Below, piece after piece: positions 37,416-47,374 of a DNA stretch of 64,000 nucleotides (its first letter is position 1; the number at the start of each line of letters is the position of its first letter). The position numbers and the translations under genes are program-made. The notes beneath the pieces are model-generated. The model was not told where the DNA came from and did no database searches. It saw only the letters and a program-made list of their open reading frames with translations. Origin of the DNA: a virus. The DNA is taken from IMG/VR virus record IMGVR_UViG_3300009431_000016. One strand, written 5' to 3'.

Positions 37416-40400
37416 ATGATGGACGATTTCCCGCCACGCAATGTTGGTGTCAGCGAACGCGTTATCAATTTAGCTGACCTTAATAAGTACCCTGCTACAG
37501 TTGTCAACGAGCAGACCAAGGATCCAGCGCACGGGGTCGACGGCGCCCCGCCGAATTTCGCTAGACCAATGGTTCCGCACATCCATACGGTGCAGGGTCG
37601 CGTTGGGACTATCTCTCGCGTCTATCGTCCCTCTGACGAAGCCCTCCGTCACTCGTATCACAACGCTCGTTATATGCGCAACGAGTGCGGCATCATGGAA
37701 TGCCTCGAAGGTCGGCAACGCGGGTCGATTTTACTGAAGTGGCATCTTGAGCCAGAAGACGAAAAGTCAACCGACCAGCAAGCCCTGGTACAACAGCTAA
37801 CTGACATCATTGACCGCATCCCGGACTTCACGGAGTATCGCAGAAATCTCCTCGAGGCCCTGTGGTTTGGAAAATATGCAACCGCACATAATTGGGGCTG
37901 GGACTGGGTGAAGGGCCGCCGGCGGAAAGTCATTAAGACGTGGGAACCGCGACATGGCGATAAGATCGTTTTCCGTTACGACGATGGCCGTCACAATTAC
38001 GACCCGCGTCAGATCGGCATCCGGATTGGTGCCGATTATCAATGGGACGTGCACCACAAAAACTTTCTCGGTGAACCGCACAAAAAGGTCGAGGCTACCG
38101 ACCAAGGTCTTGCGTATTTCCTCAATCAGTGGGAGCGAGACTTCCTCATTGCCATACATAAACACATCATAGAAGACGGTGCCTATGAAGACCCGGAACA
38201 GGCTGGTAGCATTCATGGCATCGGCATCAGGTCGCGCATTTATTGGACGTGGTATCAAATGTCTGAGTGCACGGCATGGCTGATGGAATATCTCGAACGC
38301 ACAAGTTTTGGCGTTGAGCTGTGGCCGTACAAAGCTGGCAACCCGACCAGCGAACAGAAGACGCGCGAAGCCGCGCAAAAGCGAATCGGCGGCGGCCGGT
38401 CGATCGTCTTGGTGCCCATTCAGGAAGGTGAGGATCCGGCGTTGTGGCAAGTTCAGCACTTGGAACCTGGTCTGGCTGGTGCGGATGCCGTGAAAGACGT
38501 CATACAATCGTTCTTCCTGCAAAGAATCAAGCGATACATACTCGGGCAAACCCTCACGAGCGAAGCAGAGGCTACTGGGCTCGGCTCTGGTGTTGCGGAC
38601 GCTCACCTCGCGACTTACATGGATATCGTGCGATACGACGCCCGTAAACTCGAAGAAACCCTCACGACGGACCTGGTACGACCTTTGCAGCTGCAAAACT
38701 TCCCAGCATCGCACAGTATTCGGATCAAGTTCAAAATCGACACGGAAGCTGACAACGCGTCCGAAATGCTCGAAGCTTACGAGCGAGCGTGGGCGATGGG
38801 GTTGCGGATCAAGGCTGATGACGTGGCGAGTATGATTGGCGCCGCGAAGCCCGATACCGACGACGAGACACTTCGTAACCCGCGGCTCGAACAGGCCGAA
38901 CAACAGCAGGCAATGCTGGAACAGCAGCAAGCGATGGGTCTGGGGGCCGGTCCGGGGCAACCGGGGCAACCAGGACAACCCGGCCAGCCAAACGGCTTGC
39001 CCACGCAGGTCCCCGGCTGGACTCCACCCAGCAGTGACAATGAAGACGTGGAAGAATTTGATGATCCAGAAGGCCCGGATGGAGGAAAGAATGTCAATCT
39101 GATCCCTGAGTTTCGTCCTGGCGGGCCGTTTGATGATGAGGAAGAGCGGCACGCCAAACAGTGGGACGAGAGTAAACACCCGCGTGCTGCAGACGGGAAA
39201 TTCGGACACGGCGAAGGCGCCATTGCTCCCGGTGTAGCAGAAAAGTTGGCTCTCGCAGAGGCAAATGAGGAGGGCGTGCAGTACGCCCAGCTTGGCTTCA
39301 ACTTCAAAGAGGAAGACCATCCACGCGACGCTTCCGGGAAATTCACTGAAGGTGCCGGAGAGAAGAAAAAGCCCGCGGCCGCCGAAGCCGACAAGCCCTT
39401 CGAACTGAAGAATAAAGCCCCCTGGAAGAAAGCCGAATTTACGCCAGAGAAAAAGAAACAGGGGCAGCTCCTGGCCGGGTTGGACCTGTCGCCTGGACAG
39501 ACTGATTTTCTGGAGGAACGGCCCGAGTTGGCCGCGGAGACGCATCCAAACCCCAAGCCTGAGCTTGCGGCAGAGACACACCCAGAGAGCAGCGGGGACG
39601 CGTCAGCTAAAGACTGGGCTGACAAGATCATGCCGGCGGGCAAGTTCATTGACGAAGATGGTAACGAGCGAGGCGGAGACTGGTTTTGGGACGTGGTTGG
39701 CGAGATGTCCGACGAACAGCTCCAGGAAGCCCTAGAGCACGTTCGCGAGAACGGTACGCCACAACAGCAGAGGTGGCTTGTTCCGCCAATCAAGAGTGAG
39801 CTCGGCAAGCGAGCCAAGGGTGAGCCAAAGGAACCGCCGGCCGCCGCCGCGAAGCAAGCAAAAGCCGTGAAGGAACCGTGGGAGATGACTGGATATGAGT
39901 ATGCAACTCAGCATTCTGGGAGAATGAGGGAGTTGCGGGAAGCAAAACCGAGACCGATCGATAAATTATACGGAAAGAATGGCCCCACGCCCGAACAGGC
40001 AGCCGAACACAAGCAATTGATGAAAAGATGGAATCGTGCTTATCGTGCTGCATCTAAGGCGCATAAGGCATACCTGGAAGATCAAGGGAAACATCAGCGA
40101 CTTGTTAAACAGGCCATCGACGACGGCAAACCTGTCCCGGCTAAGGTTCTCGAAGGCTACCCAAGCCTCGCTTCTGATAAGGAACGAGAACGCCATACCA
40201 TGCAAAACGACCAGTCTCTCGGCGCACTCTTCCGCGAGTGCTATCGCAATATGTCCTCTCCTGGCCAGCAGTCAATCATGGGAAAGGGCGGAACCGGAAG
40301 CCGATCAGCCAAGACTCAACAGGGACTGAAGTGGATCACGATCGGAGGTTCTCCGGGCGAAGGCGGCGAGCACGAGGGCGGCACACCGGTCAAAATAGAC

Positions 40401-42887
40401 GAGAAGGGCCGAATACATGGCGGGTCCGAGGCATTGACCGGAGAGACGTTGGGGAAGATTGACAAGGACAAGGTTGGCGACAAGGGTGGCGGGAAGGCTG
40501 GCGGCGGGAAGCCAGAGAAGGTGTCGGAGGGTGGCGGCCCTGCAATGAAAGACATAGCTCCTGGGCACGAAAAGAAGATCCAAGATGCCTTGGCCGCCAT
40601 CGCTGAGCATGACCCGCAATTACTGGCCGGCCTCAAGCAGATTCAGGGCGGTACGCTGCCTCCAGGATTGAAGGCCAATGCGGTCGCAAGTACATCGTCT
40701 GGTACGATTTGGCTGCCTGACGGAAAAGCACCAGAAGAGCATTCAACTCTGGTTCACGAGCTAACGCATTTAAGGCAAGCAGCGGAAGGCAAAATTCCAG
40801 AAGGCGGTCGAGATGTAATGGAGCCAGACGCTTACAATCAACTCGAAATGGAGGCACGCCGCGCAGCCGCAAAGTACCAAGAACACGTTGATGAGAAACG
40901 GATCATGGACTATCTGAGTAAGTCTCAGGGAAAAGTCGGCCTGCGCGACCTTCGTACCGCCCTGGGCCATCCAAAGGTCGATCCTCAGGACCCGCTGTCA
41001 AACCAGATTCATAAAGCACTGGCCGGACTGCGGGACGCCGGTCGGGTTCAGGCTCACGAACCGGAACGCGGGGAGCCTAGCTTTTCGGCGAAGCCGGCTC
41101 AGCGGGCGGCCGCGGAAGGCAGTGAGGAGTCGGCTCCCTCCGCTTCTCCGCCATCGACTCCCACTGAGGCCTCCGTGAAAGCCCAGCCAACCCTAAAGGA
41201 ACCCACAGCCGTATCGATACAGGGACACGATATGGACGTAGGCCAGTCCCGGGGAATGTGGTTTTTCCGGAGGTCATCTGCAGCTGGTTGGGTTGGGGCC
41301 AGTCCTGGCCTGTCTGCAGCCATTGAGCAACAGCTCGGAGGCGGACAGGAAGAGCCTACAGAAACCCCTAAGGAGCGCGGTCGCGCGTCAGCAAAACAGT
41401 CACTAGACGAGGCTGTAGCCAGTGCTGTGGGTGACTCGCCGGAAGATCAGGCCGGATTCAGGACCGTCGTCGATGAGGTATGGAAACGGCGAAACAGAGA
41501 GGCGGCGGCCGAAAATAGCTCACTCAGGAACTTGCTTGGCAATTTCGGATACGATGGCGCCAGACAGGGAGCACTAATACGGACCATACAAAAGACAGAG
41601 GACCCAGACCAGCTGACAAAAGGCAAGTCTGGGCTGAGGAAGCAGTGGGATCAAATCGTGGAATACGCGATTGCACACCACCCAGATCTCTTGGAATGGG
41701 GTGGTGGCGAGTTTATCGGGAAAGACGATGCCGAATACGCACTATTCAACCGCCTAAAAAAGGGGCTGGTGAAGGCCCCGCCGCGACATGACCCGGAAGT
41801 AATCCAGGAGGCCCTGGACTACACGGAGACGGCGTCCGGCGGCGAGTTCGGAGAAGGTGAGGGCGATCTAAGTGGCCCGTGGGATGAATCACTGGCCGCA
41901 CAGTCTGAGTCGTTTTCGGCTGGGATGTGGGAGCGAGCTGTAATTTACGCGAGGCGAGGCAATGCTGAGCAATATAAACAATTGACGACATTTGTGGAAA
42001 GCGAACACCCGCGAAATGCAGATGGGGAATTTACAGATAAGGCCCGTGGACCTACAATGAAAACAGTGATTCGCAGTGGCAAATCATTTGTCATGGGTGA
42101 CGGATCGCCGCTTCCTACGTACATTCCGCGAATCCCTCCAGCATGGACAAAAGTATCGGTTGCAACCTCGCCGGATGCCCCTCTCTTGGTGACTGGGATT
42201 GATGCGAAAGGGCGAAAACAAAGCATCTATTCTACCTCTCATGCCATGCGGGCTGCTGCAGCGAAATTTGCGAAGATATCAGAATTGGTTGCGAAACGCA
42301 ATGAAGTTATAAATGAAATGCGAGAAGCTACGTCTCGCGGGAATACGGAGGCAGAGGTCGCCCTGCTGATCAACGAAACGGGCTTGCGCCCTGGCTCTGG
42401 GCGGGACACAAAGGCTGAGAAACAGGCATATGGTGCGACAACGCTTCTGGGGCGTCATGTTGTCGTGACCGATAGTGGCGTAAGACTGGTTTTTACAGGC
42501 AAGAAGGGCGTGGCTATTGACGTGGCAGTCACCAATCCTGCTATTTCGTCCATGTTGGCCAAACGCAAGCTGACAGTTGGCGAGCATGGCAGGCTGTTTG
42601 ACACCAATGATCAGAAATTGCGGGCGTATGTGGCCACTCTTGATGGTGGAAAATTCAAGCCCAAAGACTTCCGTACTCTTGTCGGAACGACTCTTGCATC
42701 AGATTCAGTGCGGGAGAGGGTGCCAGCCAAAAATGATAAAGAATACAAGAAGCAAGTGCGTGAAATCGCACAGCACGTAGCGGCAAAGCTGGGCAATACA
42801 CCGACCGTGGCGCTGCAGTCGTATATTGATCCGACGGTTTTTAGTCGATTGCGGCCAATTTCACATGAGGAATCAGGTAATGAATGA
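37416..42887 (+). CDS. giant multidomain virion protein: portal-like N-terminal region, 3x EHPR-x-DGKF motifs, HExxH motif, C-terminal type IB topoisomerase domain
   Basis: 1820-plus aa. QQQAMLEQQQAM-GQPGQPGQPGQP linker at about aa 500. EHPRAADGKF, DHPRDASGKF and EHPRNADGEF motifs. LVHELTHL HExxH. C-terminal LRPGSGRD / GATTLLGRHV / FTGKKG / KDFRT / ALQSYIDP aligns to topoisomerase IB catalytic motifs, with the active-site Tyr in SYIDP. ORF track starts at TTG 37407; ATG 37416 preferred. Confidence 0.7.
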   Translation: MMDDFPPRNVGVSERVINLADLNKYPATVVNEQTKDPAHGVDGAPPNFARPMVPHIHTVQGRVGTISRVYRPSDEALRHSYHNARYMRNECGIMECLEGRQRGSILLKWHLEPEDEKSTDQQALVQQLTDIIDRIPDFTEYRRNLLEALWFGKYATAHNWGWDWVKGRRRKVIKTWEPRHGDKIVFRYDDGRHNYDPRQIGIRIGADYQWDVHHKNFLGEPHKKVEATDQGLAYFLNQWERDFLIAIHKHIIEDGAYEDPEQAGSIHGIGIRSRIYWTWYQMSECTAWLMEYLERTSFGVELWPYKAGNPTSEQKTREAAQKRIGGGRSIVLVPIQEGEDPALWQVQHLEPGLAGADAVKDVIQSFFLQRIKRYILGQTLTSEAEATGLGSGVADAHLATYMDIVRYDARKLEETLTTDLVRPLQLQNFPASHSIRIKFKIDTEADNASEMLEAYERAWAMGLRIKADDVASMIGAAKPDTDDETLRNPRLEQAEQQQAMLEQQQAMGLGAGPGQPGQPGQPGQPNGLPTQVPGWTPPSSDNEDVEEFDDPEGPDGGKNVNLIPEFRPGGPFDDEEERHAKQWDESKHPRAADGKFGHGEGAIAPGVAEKLALAEANEEGVQYAQLGFNFKEEDHPRDASGKFTEGAGEKKKPAAAEADKPFELKNKAPWKKAEFTPEKKKQGQLLAGLDLSPGQTDFLEERPELAAETHPNPKPELAAETHPESSGDASAKDWADKIMPAGKFIDEDGNERGGDWFWDVVGEMSDEQLQEALEHVRENGTPQQQRWLVPPIKSELGKRAKGEPKEPPAAAAKQAKAVKEPWEMTGYEYATQHSGRMRELREAKPRPIDKLYGKNGPTPEQAAEHKQLMKRWNRAYRAASKAHKAYLEDQGKHQRLVKQAIDDGKPVPAKVLEGYPSLASDKERERHTMQNDQSLGALFRECYRNMSSPGQQSIMGKGGTGSRSAKTQQGLKWITIGGSPGEGGEHEGGTPVKIDEKGRIHGGSEALTGETLGKIDKDKVGDKGGGKAGGGKPEKVSEGGGPAMKDIAPGHEKKIQDALAAIAEHDPQLLAGLKQIQGGTLPPGLKANAVASTSSGTIWLPDGKAPEEHSTLVHELTHLRQAAEGKIPEGGRDVMEPDAYNQLEMEARRAAAKYQEHVDEKRIMDYLSKSQGKVGLRDLRTALGHPKVDPQDPLSNQIHKALAGLRDAGRVQAHEPERGEPSFSAKPAQRAAAEGSEESAPSASPPSTPTEASVKAQPTLKEPTAVSIQGHDMDVGQSRGMWFFRRSSAAGWVGASPGLSAAIEQQLGGGQEEPTETPKERGRASAKQSLDEAVASAVGDSPEDQAGFRTVVDEVWKRRNREAAAENSSLRNLLGNFGYDGARQGALIRTIQKTEDPDQLTKGKSGLRKQWDQIVEYAIAHHPDLLEWGGGEFIGKDDAEYALFNRLKKGLVKAPPRHDPEVIQEALDYTETASGGEFGEGEGDLSGPWDESLAAQSESFSAGMWERAVIYARRGNAEQYKQLTTFVESEHPRNADGEFTDKARGPTMKTVIRSGKSFVMGDGSPLPTYIPRIPPAWTKVSVATSPDAPLLVTGIDAKGRKQSIYSTSHAMRAAAAKFAKISELVAKRNEVINEMREATSRGNTEAEVALLINETGLRPGSGRDTKAEKQAYGATTLLGRHVVVTDSGVRLVFTGKKGVAIDVAVTNPAISSMLAKRKLTVGEHGRLFDTNDQKLRAYVATLDGGKFKPKDFRTLVGTTLASDSVRERVPAKNDKEYKKQVREIAQHVAAKLGNTPTVALQSYIDPTVFSRLRPISHEESGNE

Positions 42888-43086
42888 TCCGCATAATGCT
42901 GGTGCAGACATCTTTTTTGTTGGCAAAGACGAGATTGATTGGCGAGAAGAAGAAGAAACGGAGGACCCAGATGATTTACAGGTTGAAACGCCAGTAGATG
43001 TGACTCTTGTTCTTGGATTTGATCCAACAACGTGTGAGGATGTCGGCTGCGGCGGGAAACCCGAAAGTTTGGCGAACGAGCTGTAA
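42876..43086 (+). CDS. small acidic protein
   Basis: 70-aa ORF (EEEETEDPDD) overlapping the giant-gene stop; ends inside the second copy of the 32-bp repeat. Confidence 0.25.
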
Positions 43087-43104
43087 TTTACGCGAGGCGA
43101 GGCA

Positions 43105-43725
43105 ATGCCGATACCGGATCCGCCGTTTGATCGCCAGCAGATACTGGCGATGGGAATGGAAGACTGGCAGGACGGGTGCGTCAAGTACGCGGTAGATGTT
43201 GATGCATGTTGGGAAGACAACGTGCGGCGCGCCGAAATGCTCGGCCTGATGGCCACGCAACAGCATTACGTCCTAGACCTTGGTGCCGGCTTCGGATTCT
43301 TTGGGGCGGCTACAGGCCTCAAAGATCATGTGGTGTTCTCGCTCGATTGCGATCGGCCAATCATTCGCCGCGCGGCAGAGATCATTGGAGGCCGCCGCAT
43401 CTGGGGCAAAATCGAAGACGCCATCTCTGGCAACCTTTGGCCGGACGCGCCAATCTCGCTTGTCACAATGTGGCAGGTCATCTCAGGCGACGTGTGGAAC
43501 ATTGGCTTACTCACGTCTAGCATTGCGGCAGTCCTGTTGAGGCTCCCGAATGACGGCCGGTTCGTAATCGGTTGGAACGAAACGCCCGCCGACTGTGACC
43601 TGCATCGCAGCACGTCATACGTCATGGGGCAGCTGGCCAAAATCTTTGCGGTGGAGAACCATGAAGGCTTGGCCATGAAGACCGGAACTTACAAAATGTC
43701 CATCATTCGCAGGCAAAGGAATTAG
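43105..43725 (+). CDS. class I SAM-dependent methyltransferase
   Basis: motif I VLDLGAGFGFFG; start codon is embedded in the 32-bp junction repeat. Confidence 0.45.
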   Translation: MPIPDPPFDRQQILAMGMEDWQDGCVKYAVDVDACWEDNVRRAEMLGLMATQQHYVLDLGAGFGFFGAATGLKDHVVFSLDCDRPIIRRAAEIIGGRRIWGKIEDAISGNLWPDAPISLVTMWQVISGDVWNIGLLTSSIAAVLLRLPNDGRFVIGWNETPADCDLHRSTSYVMGQLAKIFAVENHEGLAMKTGTYKMSIIRRQRN

Positions 43726-43727
43726 AT

Positions 43728-44765
43728 ATGTATCCAGCACACAACACGCAAGTGTCTCTCGCGGGAACGATCGCAAATGCCGTTACGCGTCATGCCCCGG
43801 TCGAGATGCGCGGAACGTACATGTTAGATACAACGTTGCACCTTCAGAAGGGAGACCACCCGCGGCCGCGATGGATCGCGGGACTACACCTGTTTGGCGG
43901 CGGCCCAATGTGGGATCACCAGTGCGGTGCGGATTGGTTTTGCTGGGGCGGCGCCGCACTAAAGTGGCGGGGCAGGAAAGGTGGCACGATGGCGTCAGGC
44001 CACACTATCAACTCATTGTTCCAAGGGATCGCCTACCACGGGGCCAAGGCCGCCGAAATCTGTCATCACATTAAGTTTTCAACTGGATGGGGGACATCAC
44101 GGAATACGTGGCGGGACTGTGCATTCGAAAACGCCGATCTGGCGATCGTCGCAGGAGAGAAAAAGGAAGACGGAAACAATGACACATGTCGCATCGAGAA
44201 CTGCCGATTCAATCATCTCGACGCCGCGTTTGAAACTCGTAATTGGCAAAGCTTCGGACATGTCATTTCGGACCCGATCGTGCGCCACACAGCTGCCCTG
44301 GTCCGGGTGAAGTACGGCGGCAAGGTGACCGTCCAGCGGCCAATGATCATGAGTGTTGAGGCCATCTTTGACGTCGAGCGCACGACTGATCAACTGAATC
44401 AGTTCACTCTGGACGGGTTTGGCGTTGACGGTGACGGAGATCCTCCCACACTGATGTGGGCCCATAATCTGCCCGGCTATCCTCCAGTGTTCTTCGTCGC
44501 GAGGGACGGCCACACGACGAAGCCTAACGACGTCAATCCAGTGATCCGTGCGGATAGCGATGTGATTGCCAGTCTGTCAAACATTCGCCGTCTAGGGTGC
44601 TTGTGCGACGGTCCGGCCAGGGCACGCATTCGAATCGAGAATTGCGTGATCGCGGACAATTGCGTGCCCGGCTATCCCGCCGGCCTCGCCAACGGCCAGC
44701 TCTTGTACGACAACGGAGACTGGTCGGGTGAGCTGTCCTACGTTGAGGCCGGCACTCACCTATAA
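43728..44765 (+). CDS. putative right-handed beta-helix protein (pectate-lyase-like fold?)
   Basis: repeated xIENCxF/IENCVI rungs, Gly/Asn-rich turns. Confidence 0.3.
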   Translation: MYPAHNTQVSLAGTIANAVTRHAPVEMRGTYMLDTTLHLQKGDHPRPRWIAGLHLFGGGPMWDHQCGADWFCWGGAALKWRGRKGGTMASGHTINSLFQGIAYHGAKAAEICHHIKFSTGWGTSRNTWRDCAFENADLAIVAGEKKEDGNNDTCRIENCRFNHLDAAFETRNWQSFGHVISDPIVRHTAALVRVKYGGKVTVQRPMIMSVEAIFDVERTTDQLNQFTLDGFGVDGDGDPPTLMWAHNLPGYPPVFFVARDGHTTKPNDVNPVIRADSDVIASLSNIRRLGCLCDGPARARIRIENCVIADNCVPGYPAGLANGQLLYDNGDWSGELSYVEAGTHL

Positions 44766-44964
44766 ACTACGGCCGCCCGCTACAGGTCGATCGTTTCGCC
44801 GCGGTGGCGCACTAACCGTGACATGCCATTCGACACTGAAATCTCGGTGTCAATCTTCGAGATTTCAATGTAAGTGGAAGATTTTCCGGTAGACTGTACC
44901 GGATAGAGGCTGAGGAAACGCCAGGGCTCGGCACCCCTTACTGCGACCCGTTGACCATTAACCC

Positions 44965-44992
44965 TTGACTCGCCCGGTTTCTATGCTAATCT
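44965..44992 (+). promoter_or_regulatory. sigma70-like promoter candidate (TTGACT-N16-TAATCT)
   Basis: seen in the 230-bp noncoding gap after the beta-helix gene; a second TTGACC lies 14 bp upstream. Confidence 0.25.
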
Positions 44993-45079
44993 TGCACATT
45001 GACTGGGCGTTTTTTGTACGGTCTGGCGAGAGGCACCTTTTCACCGACAACCAGCGTGGACAGCGTGGAGGGTGCCCAG

Positions 45080-45313
45080 ATGGCCAGAAAGAGCCGTAAC
45101 AAGAGGCGCCACACCATTGAAGGCGACGATGCTGACCTCCATAATGCCCTGGCTATCGACCGGGCTTGTGCGCAGCTAAGGAATCTGGCTATCGATCAGA
45201 TCCCTGCGGGCTCTGGACACGGTTGGGTCAGCTGTAAGATTCGCTACAGTAAGCACAGGATCACGTACAGCGATCTTGACACACATGAGGCCATCCAGGC
45301 TGATAAAAACTAG
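45080..45313 (+). CDS. small basic protein (77 aa) in its own promoter-terminator unit
   Basis: GGAGGG RBS 10 nt upstream; ORF track lists a longer 44999 start. Confidence 0.25.
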   Translation: MARKSRNKRRHTIEGDDADLHNALAIDRACAQLRNLAIDQIPAGSGHGWVSCKIRYSKHRITYSDLDTHEAIQADKN

Positions 45314-45356
45314 AACGCGATAGCCGCGTCACCCACAACCCGAAAGGCCAAGCGAA

Positions 45357-45413
45357 GGGCCATTTCCTCTAGACCCGCAACCGCGGGTCTAGAGAAAATG
45401 GCCTTTTTTTATT
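45357..45413 (+). terminator. rho-independent terminator
   Basis: about 21-bp GC-rich stem GGGCCATTTCCTCTAGACCCGC / GCGGGTCTAGAGAAAATGGCC (one mismatch) followed by TTTTTTTATT. Confidence 0.7.
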
Positions 45414-45416
45414 GTC

Positions 45417-46883
45417 ATGATAGCAAAAGCAAATCTTGCCGAGCTGGAACAGATCGCTCAGGACACTTTCAGTCCGGCGAAATTCATTCGCGTGCCTGAC
45501 GTGTGTGTCTTCGGGGAACACGAAACGCAAGACAGAAAGGGTAAGCCACAAAAGTACGACAAGGCCGCTCTTGACGCGATTTGCGCACGGTGCAACGAGA
45601 GGATACTCGACACTGGCGACTTCGCCACTCTGGTTGACGGCCACACGCCCTCGCGGGCGGAGCTCCTCCAAGGTGCGAGGATGCCGGTTGTCGTTGGTTT
45701 CGCCGGACCATTCCGGGTCAAGAAGTTCGGTCGCGTAAGGTCCCGCTGGGGGATCTTCACCGACGAGTTTCACTTCAAAGACGATCACGACAGCTTGGTA
45801 AAACGACCTCGTCGGAGCGTAGAGCTGTGGATGTCGGACGACATGGCAAAACGCTTCTTCGACCCTATTGCCTGCCTGGGAGCTGAAACGCCGAGACTTG
45901 ATCTTGGCGTCAGGTTCTGCAGGTTGGTAAGCGGCGAGACGGTTGAGAAGTACACTGCCGTAGCACCGAGTGCGGGTAGTACGTTCGTCCAGGCATTCAA
46001 AGGCTCTGACGAAGAGCAAGACCAATATGAAGGGGACCAGACGATGCTCGCTCCCGACGAAATTCAACAGATCGTGGCAGCCATTAACGAGCTTGATTTC
46101 GTCCAATGGGCGAGACAAAAAATGAGCGAAGAGGAAGCCGCTGCTGAAAAAGACGAGTCGCTCGAAGACGCCGGAGAAGGGATTGGGGGAGGCCCCAGTC
46201 CAACTGGCGTTGAAGCCGCCATGGGCGGCGAAGGCGAAGCCGAGATGACTGGTGAGCCGGAAGGCGTTTTACCGGCTGAAGCAACTGTCGCACCAAAACC
46301 TCCTCTGGTAGCTGCCGTCGCCCCTGCGACTGGCACTCCCGTAGAGGAGGAGGACTACGCCTGCAAACCTAAAAAAGAGGACAAAGTCAAGATGGCCAAA
46401 AAAACCCCCGACACTGACCGCGAAAACTACGCCAAACTCCGAGTTGATCACGATCAGCTCAGTGAGAAATACGCGAAGCTGGTTGTTGACAACCAGGCCA
46501 AGGACGACCGGATTACCGCTCTGGAGAAGGATGCTTCTGATGGCCGGAGATCCGCCATTATCGAGCGGCTCGTGAACACCTACGCTATTGACGGCGAGGC
46601 CGAGAGGGGCCTGTGTCTCTACTCCATGGAGTCCGATGAGCGGAAGGAAACCATGACCGACGAACAATTTAATGCACACGTCTCCACGATCGAGAAGTAC
46701 GCGACGCCTAGTGCAGTTGGCGCTCCGACCCTCCCGGCTGGCGAGCTCCCAGAGGAGTCTGACAAGCAGGAGGCGGAAAAGTACCAGCGAGCTCTTGACT
46801 ATGCTGACGTCCAGCGAAAACAGGGCAAGGACATCACGTGGGCTCAGGCTGAGGCGTGGGTCGAAGCCAACCCGAAAGGCTGA
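45417..46883 (+). CDS. putative scaffolding / prohead-maturation protein (acidic coiled-coil C-terminal half)
   Basis: position immediately upstream of decoration-like and capsid-like genes; Glu/Ala-rich coiled-coil after aa 230. Confidence 0.3.
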   Translation: MIAKANLAELEQIAQDTFSPAKFIRVPDVCVFGEHETQDRKGKPQKYDKAALDAICARCNERILDTGDFATLVDGHTPSRAELLQGARMPVVVGFAGPFRVKKFGRVRSRWGIFTDEFHFKDDHDSLVKRPRRSVELWMSDDMAKRFFDPIACLGAETPRLDLGVRFCRLVSGETVEKYTAVAPSAGSTFVQAFKGSDEEQDQYEGDQTMLAPDEIQQIVAAINELDFVQWARQKMSEEEAAAEKDESLEDAGEGIGGGPSPTGVEAAMGGEGEAEMTGEPEGVLPAEATVAPKPPLVAAVAPATGTPVEEEDYACKPKKEDKVKMAKKTPDTDRENYAKLRVDHDQLSEKYAKLVVDNQAKDDRITALEKDASDGRRSAIIERLVNTYAIDGEAERGLCLYSMESDERKETMTDEQFNAHVSTIEKYATPSAVGAPTLPAGELPEESDKQEAEKYQRALDYADVQRKQGKDITWAQAEAWVEANPKG

Positions 46884-46951
46884 TCGTTTTTTCACCGGCA
46901 AGTGCGGAGCGTAAGCCGCCAAGCAAACTCTCACAATGAGGACTAATAGTC

Positions 46952-47374
46952 ATGGTACGAGAAAATCCAACCTTTATGGCCGGTGGGAATATTGTGCCCA
47001 GTCGGTTCGTGAAATGGAATCTCGGCGAGGATAATACTGTTATCCAGGCAACGGCTAACGCCAAGATTCAAGGCATTGCGCAGGAGGGCAGCCGTGAGGC
47101 GCCGATTCCTTCCGTCAGCACCGTCTACGCCGCACAAGACGGCGAAGAAATTCACGTTTACGGGCAGGGCGAAGTGTGTCTGCTCGAACTGGGCGGAACG
47201 GTTGCGGCCGCAGACGACCTGAAGTCCGATGCGAACGGCAAGGGGGTCGTTGTGACGGCCGGAACGACCACGCAAGAGGTCGGCGCCCAGGCGTTGCAGT
47301 CGGGCGTAAGTGGAGAGAAGATTCGCGTCCAGGTCTTGCTGAAGGCCGAGGGCCAGACTGTCATCTCCAGCTGA
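46952..47374 (+). CDS. putative head decoration protein (DUF2190-like)
   Basis: 140 aa, Gly/Ala/Val-rich beta protein located between scaffold-like and capsid-like genes. Confidence 0.3.
   Translation: MVRENPTFMAGGNIVPSRFVKWNLGEDNTVIQATANAKIQGIAQEGSREAPIPSVSTVYAAQDGEEIHVYGQGEVCLLELGGTVAAADDLKSDANGKGVVVTAGTTTQEVGAQALQSGVSGEKIRVQVLLKAEGQTVISS

Noticed and set aside
37797-39817. 594-aa and 346-aa minus-strand ORFs inside the giant gene
   Set aside because: They are antisense shadows of a GC-rich coding region. Their composition is R/S/P-rich with no motifs, and the + strand ORF has clear conserved domains.
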